Below, piece by piece: positions 11,507-25,081 of a stretch of 64,000 bases of DNA. A program made the position numbers and the translations under genes. The stretch is from Trichodelitschia bisporula (Eukaryota), in NCBI GenBank assembly GCA_010356995.1, contig ML996696.1:870364-934363 (forward strand), given 5' to 3'. Position 1 is the stretch's first letter. Each line of letters opens with the position of its first letter. Below the pieces are notes generated by a model that saw nothing but the letters and a program-made list of their open reading frames with translations, had not been told where the DNA came from and did not search any database.

Positions 11507-12891
11507 GCCGGTGACGCCCGTGGACGGGCAAGCGAATGTATGCTTCCGCGAAGCCGTGAAGAGACCGTGATACTTCCGTTCGCCGTAAAAGACCGTGGAT
11601 GCTACGGCATCAAAACGAGCGACGCGGTGGGGGAGAAAGCCAACGTGCAGCCAGGCAGCGCTGATCTATACTCCCAGCGGCGGTGATGTTATCGTCGCGC
11701 GTCTATGCCATCCGAACCTCTCTCGCAAGAGGAGAAATGAGCTGAAGAACCAAACACTCCTTCCGCCACCCCCAAAGTCCTCCTCACGCACCTGACTGGC
11801 GCATCGTTCCCACGGTCCAGATACTTTTCATCCACGCCATTCCAACCACGCCGACCCACAGGGATGGCCCGCGAACCACGCCCGCCGTCGCGCCCCTGCC
11901 AAGCCGCTGCTGCTTCCACACCCGTGTCCAACGTCGCGGTTCGCGGTCCTAATTCGCTGGGACGCGCATCTGGGGAAATCGCCCAGTGGGGAGCCAGCCG
12001 TGCAAATCGCGATGCATGAGATGCAATTTGCCGGCGTGACCGCGAGATGGCTGCGGCGGCGAACGCTTGAATGCCTTCGCCTTTAGTATCGCGACTTTAC
12101 CGTACCGTATCTTGTTCAAGCTCCCGTAGCGTGGCGCTTCTTCGTCGCTTCGTCGCCTTTCGCTTGCAACAATCGGCCCGTTGCTATCACTCTGGTTATT
12201 GTCATCGGGAAATCAGACTACCGTAGACGTTAACACGGACGCCGCGGGCGCAGAGTGGCGCGCACATCCCACGCCCGCTGCCGTGCCGTAGAAACTCACC
12301 GGTCCAGTGGCGCGAAACAAAGGGCGAAATGTGTGATTTCCGACATCACTATACGGATGTAGCTGTTGGGGAAGTACATAATTTCGGGATGTCAGAATGG
12401 CGAGCCGTTACTCGCTCAGCGCTTTCAGCTCGAGAAATGATGTATCAGAAGCTTCGGTGTGTCCGGAAGGTTCTCCGCATCGATGCTAAGACGGCGCCCC
12501 GATCTGACGGCTGGGCAGGGCTGTCCAGTAATGGACGCAAAGCTTGACAACGTGCAATGGCTACGGTGTGAAGTGAAAGGTTGATATTTAGAAGACAAAC
12601 AAGAGAAGAGAAAAGAAAGACGCTCCAGAATAAGTACGCGATGTGGGAAATGTTCTCCGATGCTCCTTCCCTCGATATGAGCCATATTGCTATGCTCCTT
12701 TTGAGTACGGTACCACGTCCCTTCCAAAAGTAACATGCTTATCTTGATGCCTGGTCGCCTTGGTGCGTCTACACCAGGTTGGAAAGCTGGCTGGGCTTGA
12801 TGTCACGGCGGGCATTCCAGATGCACTGAGCTCGTTACAAGCTTATGTCTTATTGGTATCACCAGATCTAGCCCAGAAGGGATTACCCATC

Positions 12892-13968
12892 TCAGTTGCC
12901 AACCTCTCCGAAATCATAGTGCCCTGAAGTCTCAGCATGCTGCGAAGCGGACTTCTCGCCCTTGCCCGTCCACCCGCACTGATTACACTTGATGTCAAAG
13001 CCCGCGGTGTCGGTAAAGTAGTGCATCTCCTGCAAATTCTTGGTGAGCTCGCGCGCCCCCGCCACAACTACTTCGTCCAGCGGGTCAAACTGCGTGACAT
13101 CAAAGTCGGGCGATGCTGCCGCTCCGTTGGGAGCGAGCACAACCGTGTCGTAGTGGATGCCCGAGTAGACCAGGAAGCCGCGCATGTTGCCCTGGCCCTC
13201 GTTGAAGCGATCGATGCGCAAATCCTGCACGTTGATGCTGGATATCTCCAGGTTAAAGTGCTGCGCCAGAATGCCGATTTCGATCGCACCTCCCCAACTG
13301 TCCGGGTCCTGGATCCATCGGCAGTAGTCGTCCGGCTTCTGCTGCAACACAGCCTCGTTATAAAGCTCAGTGTCGGCCTGGATTCTCTGCGCGACGACAG
13401 ATCGCAGTTCCGTCATCCAGTCCAGGTCTCCGCCGATGCACTTCCCAATCGCGCGGAACAAACAGCTGTTGTCGTCGGGCATGACGCGCAGGACGAGACG
13501 ACCGCCCCGCCCAGCGAGCGGCACCTCTGGTGGGTCCATCTCCAACTTGTTCTGCTTGCGGGCTAGCTGGAGAGGCTTGGAGGTTGCGGCAGCCGGGCCT
13601 GAACCGGCTGGTTTCGACGCGACGGATTTGGAGGAGCTTGGAGGTGGAGTGCGGGCGGGAGACGGGTGCGAAATCGACGGTGCGCGCCCAGTGGGCGGGT
13701 GCGACAGCGGGTGATGCAGCTGTCCGGCGATATCACGCGCCGCGGCGATAAGCTGCTCGCCGTTGAGCTTGAGGCCAGTGTCGCTGAGAAGAGTGGCGGC
13801 GTCGAATGAGGTGAGGTCGAGAGGCTTTGGGGGAAACCCGCTTTTGAGGTCAAAGACGGGGAGTGAAGTGGCTTCCGCGATCTTCGCCGTCAGGTCACCG
13901 ACCGTGGCGGAGTCGTCGATGGTGACATTCACCACTGCGCCGGAAGGGCCTCTGACTCTGAAGCGCAT
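12892..13968 (-). CDS. OTU1: Ubiquitin thioesterase Otu1/YOD1
   Basis: N-terminal Ubl-like MRFRVRGPSG, OTU motifs MPDDNSCLF, WGGAIE, YSGIHYD, C-terminal zinc finger CNQC..HAETSGH. Confidence 0.95.
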   Translation of the reverse strand: MRFRVRGPSGAVVNVTIDDSATVGDLTAKIAEATSLPVFDLKSGFPPKPLDLTSFDAATLLSDTGLKLNGEQLIAAARDIAGQLHHPLSHPPTGRAPSISHPSPARTPPPSSSKSVASKPAGSGPAAATSKPLQLARKQNKLEMDPPEVPLAGRGGRLVLRVMPDDNSCLFRAIGKCIGGDLDWMTELRSVVAQRIQADTELYNEAVLQQKPDDYCRWIQDPDSWGGAIEIGILAQHFNLEISSINVQDLRIDRFNEGQGNMRGFLVYSGIHYDTVVLAPNGAAASPDFDVTQFDPLDEVVVAGARELTKNLQEMHYFTDTAGFDIKCNQCGWTGKGEKSASQHAETSGHYDFGEVGN

Positions 13969-14963
13969 CTTGTCTGTTGTTTGCGACTGTGACTGGAGAG
14001 CTTAGTGATCGTGTACCGTGGTTGAGCTACCAGTGAGATGTGGTGTGAGCTACAGTTCTGAAGCTTGACGATTCGCCGAAACCGGCCGACTTGAGCGTAC
14101 AGTGATGAGTTGCTTCCGGCGCGAGGTTCCACGTCCGCTCAAGATGGATAAGATGCGGATGTTTGTGGATTCTTCGCTTTCAAAGAGAGGTCATCCGGTC
14201 GAGACAGATGACGCTAGGAGGCGGTGTTGACATTGCCCCACCTGCAACCGATCGCCGCTTGGTGGTGGGGGGTGAACTGCTGGCCATGGATGGCCTGCCG
14301 CTCGCCACTTGCAAGGTGGCGTAGATCTAATGAAAAGGTATAAGGGGAGAAATACTTCTCTGTTGTTTGCAAGGCACCTAAATACACGATTGAATGTGTG
14401 CTGTAAACGGTAGAAGAGGCCAACGATGCGTGTGTTTGTCTGGCGAGTGTGTTACGCGTAGTGTTGCAAGACATTCACAGTCCAAGACGGACCATCAATA
14501 GGGAGGCACCCTCCCTAAGTTTTGAGTCTCCCAAAAGCTCCTTGGCCAACGGACGGGCCACATGGCGATCATGTCCCAGCCATGCTCGGTACGGATAAAC
14601 CAGATTATCCGGCTTCGCGATGGGACGCGACGCTGCCTTCGACGGCAGGACGAGGATTCACTGTTGAACCTTCGTTACCTGCCATCGTCCAAGAGAGCGC
14701 ATTAGATGTTTCCCCCCCATTTCTGAATCATCCTCAGGGTGGTATCAAGGGGTTCTTTTGCGCGCCTGTCCGGCGACCTCCCCAATCAACCACGCATCAC
14801 GAAACCTACAACTTTCGCGCGCGCACGCATCAACACGCGCAGAAGAAAGCTGCAAGCTGTTCGACCACTCATCAACCTTACCCCCCCCCCACTTATTCGC
14901 GCAAGCTTGAGTGACCGTTCTACCTCCTACCTTTGGCGCAACGTCGCTTAGGCTCCCCCAATC

Positions 14964-17820
14964 ATGGCGGATCCAGCGGAGAGCACATCGCCGGTGCCCA
15001 CCACGGAAACGCCGGCGCGCGACGACGCAAGCAAGAAGTCGGTAGTGACGGACGAAGAATGGCGTGCGATGCAAGACATCCTCAACGCGATCTACGCCTA
15101 CCGTACCGAAGAAGGGGATGACCCATCGAAGCTATTCCATCGAAAAGTCAACCGGCGTCTTCTGCCGGACTACTACACCGTCATCAAGGAGCCTATGGCG
15201 ATGAGTACCGTCAAGGCCAAGATTGCGAACCGCGAATACAAGAAGTTTTCCGAGTTTGTGCGCGACTTCGCACTCATCTCGCACAATGCGCAGGTGTACA
15301 ACCTTCCGGAGTCGCAGGCTTACCTGGATGCCCTCACCATCAAAGACCTGCTCGAGAAGGAACTGAAGAAACTCGTCGAGAGCAAGTTGATCACGGAAGA
15401 AGTCGCGAAGCTGCCGTTCCTCGGCGAGATTCCCCCTCAAGATGATGCTCCCGAAGAAGCTGAGGAAGAGGAGGAAGAGGAGGAGGATGACGAAGATGAC
15501 GAAGAACCGGATGACTCGGACGATGAAGGGGCGCGCAAGAAGCGCAAGCGTGCCTCTCGAGTTGGAGTTGCGAAGGGCGAAGCGGTGAAAACTGAGTCGA
15601 AGAAGGCTCCTGAGGATCCAGACACCCGCAAGAAGCGCGGCCGTCCGCCTCGTGTCGATACCCCGATGGAGGCACGTATCAAAGCGGTCATGAAGGGCTT
15701 ACGCAAGTATAAGACGGATGATGGCCAGCTCCTCATTACGGACTTTGAGCGCCTCCCAGAGAAGGCGGCCATGCCCGAGTACTTTGCCGAAATCAAGAAT
15801 CCGATTGCCCTGGACGTGATCAAGAAGAAGCTCAAGCGCAAGAAGTACACTAGTCTGGATCAGTTCATGAAGGATCTTGAACTCATGTTCGATAATGCGA
15901 AGGCGTACAATACCGATGAGAGCCAGATCTACAAGGATGCCGTTTTCCTCCAGGTGCGTTTGGATGTTCTGTCGGCCACGTGTCGTCGGGGGTTGTTTCC
16001 TAACATTTTGTAGAAAGAAGCGCGGGCCATGGCAGATGCGGAGAAGAAGAAACCAGATACCGAGTACGTCATGGAGGACGGTCGCTTGCCCATGCCCGAC
16101 GGGATCCATTACAACGGCGAGCTCTGGAAAGTTGGTTAGTATTCCGATGCTGTGTAGTACGGTGATGGTCAAGAAATTAACGCGCGTCTAGGCGACTGGG
16201 TGCACCTTCAGAACGCCAACGACCTCACCAAGCCTATCGTCGCTCAGATCTACCGCACCTGGCAAGACCAGCAAGGTCACAAGTGGATCAACGCCTGCTG
16301 GTACTATCGTCCTGAGCAGACTGTTCATCGCTTCGACCGTCACTTTTACGAAAATGAAGTAGTCAAGACGGGTCAATACCGCGACCATCCTGTCGATGAG
16401 ATCGTGGACCGTTGCTTTGTTATGTTCTTCACCCGCTTCAACAAAGGCCGTCCTCGCAACTTTCCGACCGACAAGGAGATCTATGTTTGCGAATCTCGTT
16501 ACAACGAAGAGAAGCACAAGCTTAATAAGATTAAGACCTGGGCCAGCTGTTTGCCAGACGAGGTCCGCGACAAAGACTACGAGATGGATCTGTTCGAGGT
16601 GCCCAAGAAGATGAAGAAGGTTCCAAGCCCGATCAAGTTTCTGTTCAAGGAAGGCGAGCAGAAGGAGACCGATGATCTGCCGAAGCCGGTGTGGGGTGCT
16701 CCCAACGCGCCTCCACGCGTTGGTGCCGTTCATTGTCGCCCACGCGACGAGAAGGTCTGTGCTCCCCCGCGTCCCCCCGTTCCAAGCATTTATGTTTCCC
16801 ATTTTGTGTTGCCCATTCCTAACAATCACGTAGGAGTCACCTCCCCCTGAACCAACTCCTACACCTCCTCCACCTCCTCCAGTACCTGCACCACGCCCCA
16901 TCTCCAGCGCCCCCCCAATTGCGGTGCAACCGGTCCATCAACAACTTCAAGCTGCGTCGCCAGCTCCTATCCACCCCGCCCCCACTCCAGGCTTCACACC
17001 GGCGCACGCCTCTCACTACCACGGGCACTCTGCGTCCCCGGCGCCACTGCAGCCAATGCCTCCCACACCCTTCACTCCGCACCAGCAACCCTTCGCCCCT
17101 CAGCCCATCGCTCCAACGCCGATGGCGCACATCCAGCCCACTCCAGCTCCGGGCTACGGTCCTACCTCGACGCCGATGACAGGCATACCGATGCGCCAGG
17201 CGCACAAGGCTCCGACGCCGGTCGAAGTCTACCATCTTCCGGATCAGGCCAACGCGTCCATCCCGCCGGAAATTCGCCAGCAATTCCAGACAGACGACCA
17301 GGGCCGTGTGCTCTTCTTTACTGCTCCCCCGCGCCCGCCGCCCCAGATGGTGACGATTCGTGGGACGCGCCTCGCCCACACGCCGAAGTACCTCGCTTGG
17401 CGTGCGGAGAAGGAGATTGAGGCCAGGAAGGCCGGTGAAAAGCGCAAGGCGGAAGAGGAGGAGCAGCGGGTGCAGCCGCCGCCGGCGAAGAAGGCGCGTT
17501 TTGAGGAGGAACCACAGCCGGAGCAGCCCCAACCAGAGCCACAGACGAAGGAAGAACTTGAACAGTTGGCTCGCAAGCACTTTGCCAAGCTGTACGTTGA
17601 GGGGATCGAAAACTTGTACAAGGCGGAGTATGGTCTCGGTGATGATGACAAGCAGTACCTCCGCGCGATGCTTGCGGATGTCGACAACTTGATTGAGCGT
17701 CAGAAGAAGTGGAAGGCCAAAGAGGAAGCCTATGAGGCGACGAACAAGAAGTACGAAGAGAATGCGGCGAAGCGTATTGCGGCGACTAAGAAGGCGCGGG
17801 CGGCTGCCGCTGAGGAGTAG
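14964..17820 (+). CDS. RSC1: RSC chromatin remodeling subunit Rsc1/Rsc2 (two bromodomains, AT-hook, BAH); introns 15954-16013, 16135-16191, 16755-16833
   Basis: PDYYTVIKEPM..NAQVYN, KKRGRPP, PEYFAEIKNPI..NAKAYN, BAH segment WINACWYYRPEQTVH. Confidence 0.92.
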
Positions 17821-20800
17821 CGGTTGTTATCATGTCGGTTAGCCGGACTCTTGTCATACTGGTAGTTTGTGGTGCTTGTTTAAGCTGGGTTGAGGGTTGT
17901 GGGTCGGCTTTCAAACTCGGCGGTAATGGGCTCACAACGGCACTGGTTATCAGCATGGGAGGATGGTTGTACTACTACTCTGAGCAGGCGTTTACGGTGT
18001 TCTCGGTGGGACGCTACTGGTGTGTACTAGGCGCTCGGTCAGAGGGTATCTGATAACCAATGGATGCAACTTTCATAAATGTTCCGGTGCGTTGTGCTTG
18101 ACGTGCTCTGCCCCTTTCCTTCGTCTACTAACGTGAAGCACTGCCCACTCGGGTTACCAGTCGGTCCGGGGAGTCCAGAATCTACAGTTTGATACCATGA
18201 CAATGCGCAAATTCCAAATCTCCCCTCATCCACCATTTCCATGTCATGAATCCAAATCTCCTAACCCACACAATTATAACCATATATTCAACATTTACCA
18301 ACCACGATTTAACATCACCACGCTGACACGCCAAGGCCCATAAGGCAGACTATCCCATACGAGGACGCACACGCAATGGGCATACCATGATATCCACCGC
18401 ATCAGAAATACGAGCCACCAACCTCCATCCCATCATAATTGGCCCCAAACACGAGCCCGCCCAAGAACTTCCCCACTTATCAGCAACCTCAGCCCCACCA
18501 TAGGGCAAAAGGACAGCGTCGATCCCTCCTCCAAATATCTAGCTGAACAACCTCATCGTCCCTTAGATTCGCGAACAAGGCTATGCCAAAGCCTACCAGC
18601 AGTATGACGTTCGCGCCGCCATTCCAAATGCACCCGATACGAAACGGTATCGGCACAAGCATATCTGCCCCACTCCACCCACGACACCGAATCCAGTCAC
18701 CACCATACGGCTGCTTATGCTCAGGTCTGGACTGCTGAACTCACCGCCCGTCCCCACTCTTTCCTGCTGCAAGCGCCACACCCGCGCCCACCACCCCAGA
18801 GCAGAGCCGTAGGGCTAGCGCCGTGCGACTTGGGCATAGCCGGGCAGGCTTAACGCGTGTTAACCCGTTACACTCGGCCCGAGTCCTCCATGCCCGGCCC
18901 GATCATGTTACCGACGCAGGTACCGCACGCCGTTCTCCTTCCATTTCCACACATCTTGCGCCCGCGACCGCGCCGCCGCCGCTGCTGAAGGATTCGTACC
19001 TTGCGCCGAGACCGGAACCAGCATAGAGGGAAAGCAGCTATGCTGCACCGCTATGCGGGCGCATTATACCACGCGCGACGGGCCCTTAGCGATGCTGACT
19101 GTGCCTGGGCGGGGGGTTTAGGCCGGAGCATGGAAACGGACGGTAGGGGACTGTGCGACGGTGGGGGCGTGGCTTCGACTGGTGCTTCTATGAGGGGGAG
19201 CGGATGCTTGGGTCTTTGTCAGATATGCAGGGTGGGGCGCGGGGCAGGGATCGAGGGGGTGATTGGTGTGCTCGCAAGGGGGCTATGGACCGGTAGTGGA
19301 CGTTTGATGGCGAAAGGCGCGGCGCCGTGGGCTTGAGGATCTAGAGGTCCGTTTCATTTGGGATACGGACGGAGAGATAGGCTCCGGATACTAGTGACAT
19401 TTGCATTGTACTGCGGTGTGCAAGCGAGCCTTGTAGTTCTACCACAGTGCTGTGAGCTGATATATGGTTAGCGCAAGTTGCTGGGGCACACGCCCGCCCG
19501 AAGCGGTTAGCCAACCGAGACGGACGATGGTTATCGGCGATGCGATGCGTGCGGTTCGGACCCGGGGCCGCGGCCGAGCTGCGGAGGGGCGCCGCGCCTT
19601 GTGCGCTTCGGCGCTGGGACTCGGCGGCTAGGGAGGGATTTGCGCGGTGGTGTAGGCTCGGGGACGGGAAGACGAGGTTCCGAGTATGGCGGGTAATTAG
19701 CTGGGGACGGGAGTGCGGCATCGTGGATTCATCCCCTGCTTCTGGACTTCATTCGCCTGCTGTTGTCGGAAGAGCTCCGGCGTGCTTTCATGCTGAGGGC
19801 ACGAAGGGAGAGCTGTCACGGGCAATCACTTTCAACCTGCCCCATTTTATCTACGGTGCTGGTCTATCCAATCATCGAGTGGGCAGCCCCATGTGCGCGC
19901 CACGCATGTGCAGGGTTTCGTGCACTCGTGTCGCCAATCTCGCCATGGAGAGGAACAAGAAGACTCCAAGAGTCAACTACGTAAGCACAGAGTGACTTAG
20001 ATAATAAGCAGTGCGGGGTGTTAAAAGGGGTGCCTCGAAAAGCTTCACGGTGAACATGTCAGGCCTTGTCAGTTCAGAAAAGATATGATCTTCGTCAATT
20101 GCTGCGCGGAATGTGGGAAGTGGGAGGCACGTCGAGTCGTTGCAGGCCTGAAGAAAGCAAGAAAGCACAAGACGCATGTCTGTTTGGCTGATCGATTAGC
20201 GATCGTTGATGAGTTAACAGTTGGCGAGGGCAACCATTGCCGAGGCAGAGGAGGTGCATTCCTACTGCATCTTGTCATGATGAGGACGAAGGTGCAAGAC
20301 AGGATTGAGCGGTGGACGAACTTGCTCGGGGCATGGTGCATATTTGCAGGCGATTGCGAGCACGGCGAGATGCCTCTTGAGAATCCTGGTCACACCGATC
20401 GACGTCCAAGTGTGCAGCAGAAAGAGTGCAGATGCGGTAGACACAGCAGTCATACGCCCCTTTGAACCTCTTGGACAGGCTCTTGTCTCCAGCATACCAT
20501 ATCCTAATCCGCCTTGAGGATAGTTTATCCCCTCCAACTCCCCAGCCCAGCTCATCACCAAGCACTTGAGCAGCAAGGAATCTCAAGCCACATTGAACCC
20601 CTCCTCATCGCCAAATCGCCAAATCGGTGTCCATCAACGGGAAAAGCGGTATCCTTGGACCTCCAATCGCCGCCGTCGGTCGTTGCGTGGCAACGGAAAT
20701 AGTTCGCACTTTTCACATTTTACTTTCCCATCATAGAATTTTTCATGGTCTCCCTCTCTCCCCTAGCCTGGAGCGCCTTGTGGCCGCATCCTTGCGTGGC

Positions 20801-22542
20801 TGGGGGAACGTCGCTCGGGTTCTTTGACCGACCGAGTGCCGGTTGCTTATCCAACCTAGCGGCTTGAATTCATTTGCTGCGCGACGTCCGTCTAATCCTC
20901 ATTCTCGTACTCCCATGCCAGTCTTGACCTTGTGCTGTCTGCCAACGGCCTAGTTATATGTCCACTCACCGTGCGCATGGGGAATTCACTCCGATTACCG
21001 ATTACCTACCGGCTCGGCTACCTAGCCGTCAAGCCTCACTACTCGTCCAGTTCGCGTCATGGGTCAAAGCTCGCATCCACAACACCTACCCCCCCCTCCA
21101 TCAACCCTAGTCCACGCTTCATCGTCGTGGTCATCTCAATCTGTGGGTCGAGCTGCATGGCAAGCTGCGTGCCGCACACCCACACGCACGCACATACCAT
21201 AGAGCCTGTAGAGACGACGACTTGCCACCCTCCGTGCATGCTGACTCCGTACAAGCTTGCCAGGCCAGCATATTCGGTTTCCCGCTTTCCATGCTCGACT
21301 TGCTCGGACTCTAGACGAATCCGTGAGCCGATGGCAGGTGCAAACGCCGAGAAGGTTGGCTCCTCAGCTAGGTTGGCGGAGGGAGCTAAAGTTGCGCGGA
21401 GTTTAGGTGTGTGGAAGAGGATATTGTTCGGCAAGGCGTCTACGGTATGGCCCCATCATCGCAATATCGATGCGACTGTTGTGCTTCGATGAACGCATGG
21501 AAGCGCTAGCGAGCTACACGCCGTGCTATCGGTCTTCTAAGATCAAAAAATGCTTCTGCCTTCTGCGGAGGGAGGGGGAGCGCCGGTGGAGCAAAAGTGG
21601 TCCCGTCCCGACTGGAGGAGCCAATGCGAATGCTTCTTGCTAGCCTTTGAAACTGGAGCAAAGAGTCGGGAGTTGTCAACGAGGCGGAAAAGCGCGCGCG
21701 CGCCGTGAGCAAGAAAAAAAATAAGTCGCTCATGGGGAGCCAAGATCGCTCTGCCATTCTGACTGTTCTAGAGGAGATTTGAGATTGCAAAGCTACGAGA
21801 AGCGAAAGAAGCTGAGGTACGGAGTTACGAGGTGCATCCGTGGCCTTGCACACGCACTCCAAGCTCCCAAGCAAGCACCTTCCAACCACCCCCCTACCTC
21901 CCCCCCTGCCAGATGCTGCACCTCCTCCCTATGGCCTTACGAATGATGAGGGCACAGATGACTACGTATTATTCCGGTCATAGCCCTTGTTCATCTGGTC
22001 CTATGCTCTAGATATAAGGTAATGCTTCCCCACTCTCCAGCCTTCCTTCCCTTCCTTTCTGGTAGCCTACGCTCTTGCCGAACCATCGCACGACCATCCA
22101 TCCCACAGCCTCTCAACTCTCCAATCCCTCTCCCCCCCAACCTGCGGGTTTCTGACTTCGACTCCCTTCTACAACGAGCCAGTAGTCTCCCTCTTCTTAT
22201 CAGTCCAATCGTCTCAATCATCCTCAATTCTCAGCCCACCGATATCCGATCATCCCACCATCAAGTCGCCTTGCTTGCCTCAGGATAGCCTTCCCCACCA
22301 GCTTTCCTAGTCCCCTGGAGTTTAGCAGCGACACGTACGAATTTCACATGGGGGTTGGCCGTTCTCGGAAGTGACGTTACCGTTAGGAGCTGGCCCGCAT
22401 CTCGCTAGTATCGTAGCCGCTCTTGCCTCTTGAATATAAGATCGAAGGGACCTCCAAAACAGGGAACGTTCTACGCCTAGCCGGATTCGTCTTGGAGTAC
22501 CTCTGTTCTTCTGTTGTTCTAGATCTACTCTCCTTTTCCAAC

Positions 22543-23587
22543 ATGACGTCGCCTCGTATGTCCTCTGTCAATTCCACCGACAGCTCAGAGGGCAGCGCTC
22601 GCAAGCGAGTATGCAAAGCCTGTGACCGCTGTCGGCTTAAGAAATCAAAGGTTTGTGACCTTTGAATGAATTTGGGTGTATCGTTGTCTGACTTCTTCAG
22701 TGCGATGGTGCGAACCCATGCAGTCGGTGCAAAACTGATAATGCCATCTGCAACTTTGGAGAGAGGAGAAAAACTCACGACAAAGTTCATCCCAAAGGGT
22801 GAGTCTTTCGGTCTCTCAGATGTCAGCTTTCTAACATGTCCGAAGATACGTGGAGATGCTCGAGCAGCAGCAGTATCAATTGGTCGAGGCCGTCCGCGAA
22901 ATGTACCGGCGGCTACAGTCCGGAGAAGGCTGGCCCGGGGCCCCTCTCCAAGCCGCCCACGGAGGCTCTCCCCTGACCCACGACATTCTGGAACGTCTGG
23001 ACCTTCTGCACTCGAATGGCGACAACCCGCTCCAGCACGAAGGATTTGAAGAGAACGTGGACCGCCTGCGCGAGCGCGCCGCCCGCTCCATCGGTACTTA
23101 TCAGTCACGTCGCTACTCGATAAGTTCCGAGTCCGAGCCCAGCCTGGCCTTCTCTGACTCCATTCGCGAAGGCGCTCCCTCCGAGAGCGGCATGAATTTC
23201 CAGGAGCCCTTCAACCTTAACGCTGCGCCGCCTACGCCGCCCACGGACAACTCATTCACACAACCACCTCGCATGGTCATCCCGCAGCCCATCAAGGCGC
23301 CCCTGCAGTGGCAGCAATGCCCGCCCAACATGCCCCAAGGTGGCTTCAGCAGTGTGCAAGTTGCCCAGGCCCAGCTGGCAGCAGCCTCCAATGGCGGAAA
23401 CACCCCACTCGATGCTGGCATGGATGCCGCGGCCTTTGCGCAGTTTGGCAGGGTTGAAATGGGCTATGATCCCGCGACGTTTACACCCTTCACGCTCACG
23501 GGCAATCCCATGGCTACGACGGCGGCCCCTGACCCCCTGGAGCTGGACTTCAATACGTTTTTCAACATGACGGTTCCGCGGTGCTGA
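22543..23587 (+). CDS. Zn(II)2Cys6 transcription factor (Fcr1-like); introns 22651-22700, 22799-22845
   Basis: RKRVCKACDRCRLKKSK|CDGANPCSRCKTDNAIC followed by PKG|YVEMLEQQQ. Confidence 0.9.
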
Positions 23588-25081
23588 GTGGCGCCATGCT
23601 GTTCGTCCACGGCTCTGCTTCCCCAGCGTATCATGGGCTAATGCAGCGGGCTGCCACATGGGCGGAATAGATTGCATGTCTTACTTTGGCTTCATCAGCG
23701 TTCAAGCGTAGGCGTTCTTGGGTTACTTTTCTACATCCAATTCCACTCTCCAGGGACCACCAGCTACATGACTTGGGAATCAACGCGGCAGTAGAACGGC
23801 AATAGACGGATCAAGGGCTTAATTCTGGGAGGGACGTCTGAAACGCGGCCATCTCTCCAAGGGAACGGATAACGAAAGAGCATAGGATAATCATGACGTC
23901 GGGAGGGGGGAGTTGGCGGCCACTTTTGGGATTTGATGGGCCGGTGGGCATTACGCTGCCCAGCACTACGCGTTCTGGTTGAGCCGGATTGCTATGCGTG
24001 GGCAGCCGAAAGGGACAGAGGGGGGGTTTCGAAAGCGGACCCCCCGGGACTGTCCGGCACCCTTTGGCATGTTTGATAGTGTGGATTTTGGCTTCTGCAT
24101 GATACCAGCTTCTTTCGGGTTTGGGACCTGGAAGCATTCTCTGTAAATATTTGGCTGGACTCAAGGGAGGCTCCTCCGGGCGGAATACTCGTATCGGTAA
24201 TTGAGTGGAGAAAAATACCAAGAAATTGAACCTTGCTGATCGCCATGAAGGTTTTGCTAGTTGTTCTTTTCGCGTTTCTTGAGAGCTGGCGATCTAGTCG
24301 ATACTAGCGATGAGATGGTGATGCTAGCCGATGCTATGATGAAGTCATGGTTGCGTCGGACCCTGCATCTTCACGTGAGAGTCGAAGCCGAATCTCGGGG
24401 CCGAACCTGTTCTCTGCTGCACCGGTGCTTCGCTAACTCAACTTCGACATCCATTACTCGATCCACAAACATCGCTACACTATTGCTCAACATTTCTGAA
24501 ACGTCTATGACGCTTGAATGCCATTGAGGCTTCGCCGCAGTCACCTGCTTACAGTCTTTATTCTTTGCTTCATCGTTCTCATTCTCAGGTAAACCGCCCT
24601 CTGTCGTTTCCACTTCTTCACCATTTTCGCTTGTCCTTCACCGTCAATATCCCGTCTGCACCAATAGCTAGTGACCCACGGAGTTTTCTAATCCCCTCAT
24701 CTATCTCCACCATCCCGCCGAGACTCCTCGCATCCCAGGCAGCAGTAGCAGAAATGCACAAGCAAACGAGCATCAGCCAGCGTTCGTACCCCCTCGTCTG
24801 CCATTTGTCAGACCGGGATGCGATATCTGGGGGCGGCTTGAGGCTGGATGAAATTCCGCACTTGCGCGCGGCACTTCCCGCCCGCGGCTGCTGATTTCCC
24901 ATTTCTGCGTTCTGGACCCGTTTTTTTCTTGCTTGCATCAGTTGGCTCATGCTTCCGATTGGAAATCGAGCATTAGTATCCGCGCCCTGTGGCTGACAAA
25001 TGGCGGCCTAGCAGCGCGCCCCGCGTCGGCAGATCAGTCTCCCGCCGTGCATCCGCACTCACGACCAACGACCAAGGCGTC

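Noticed and set aside
24989..25081. In-frame GTG-initiated extension of the epimerase
   Set aside because: Non-ATG start with no supporting evidence; ATG 25082 is adequate
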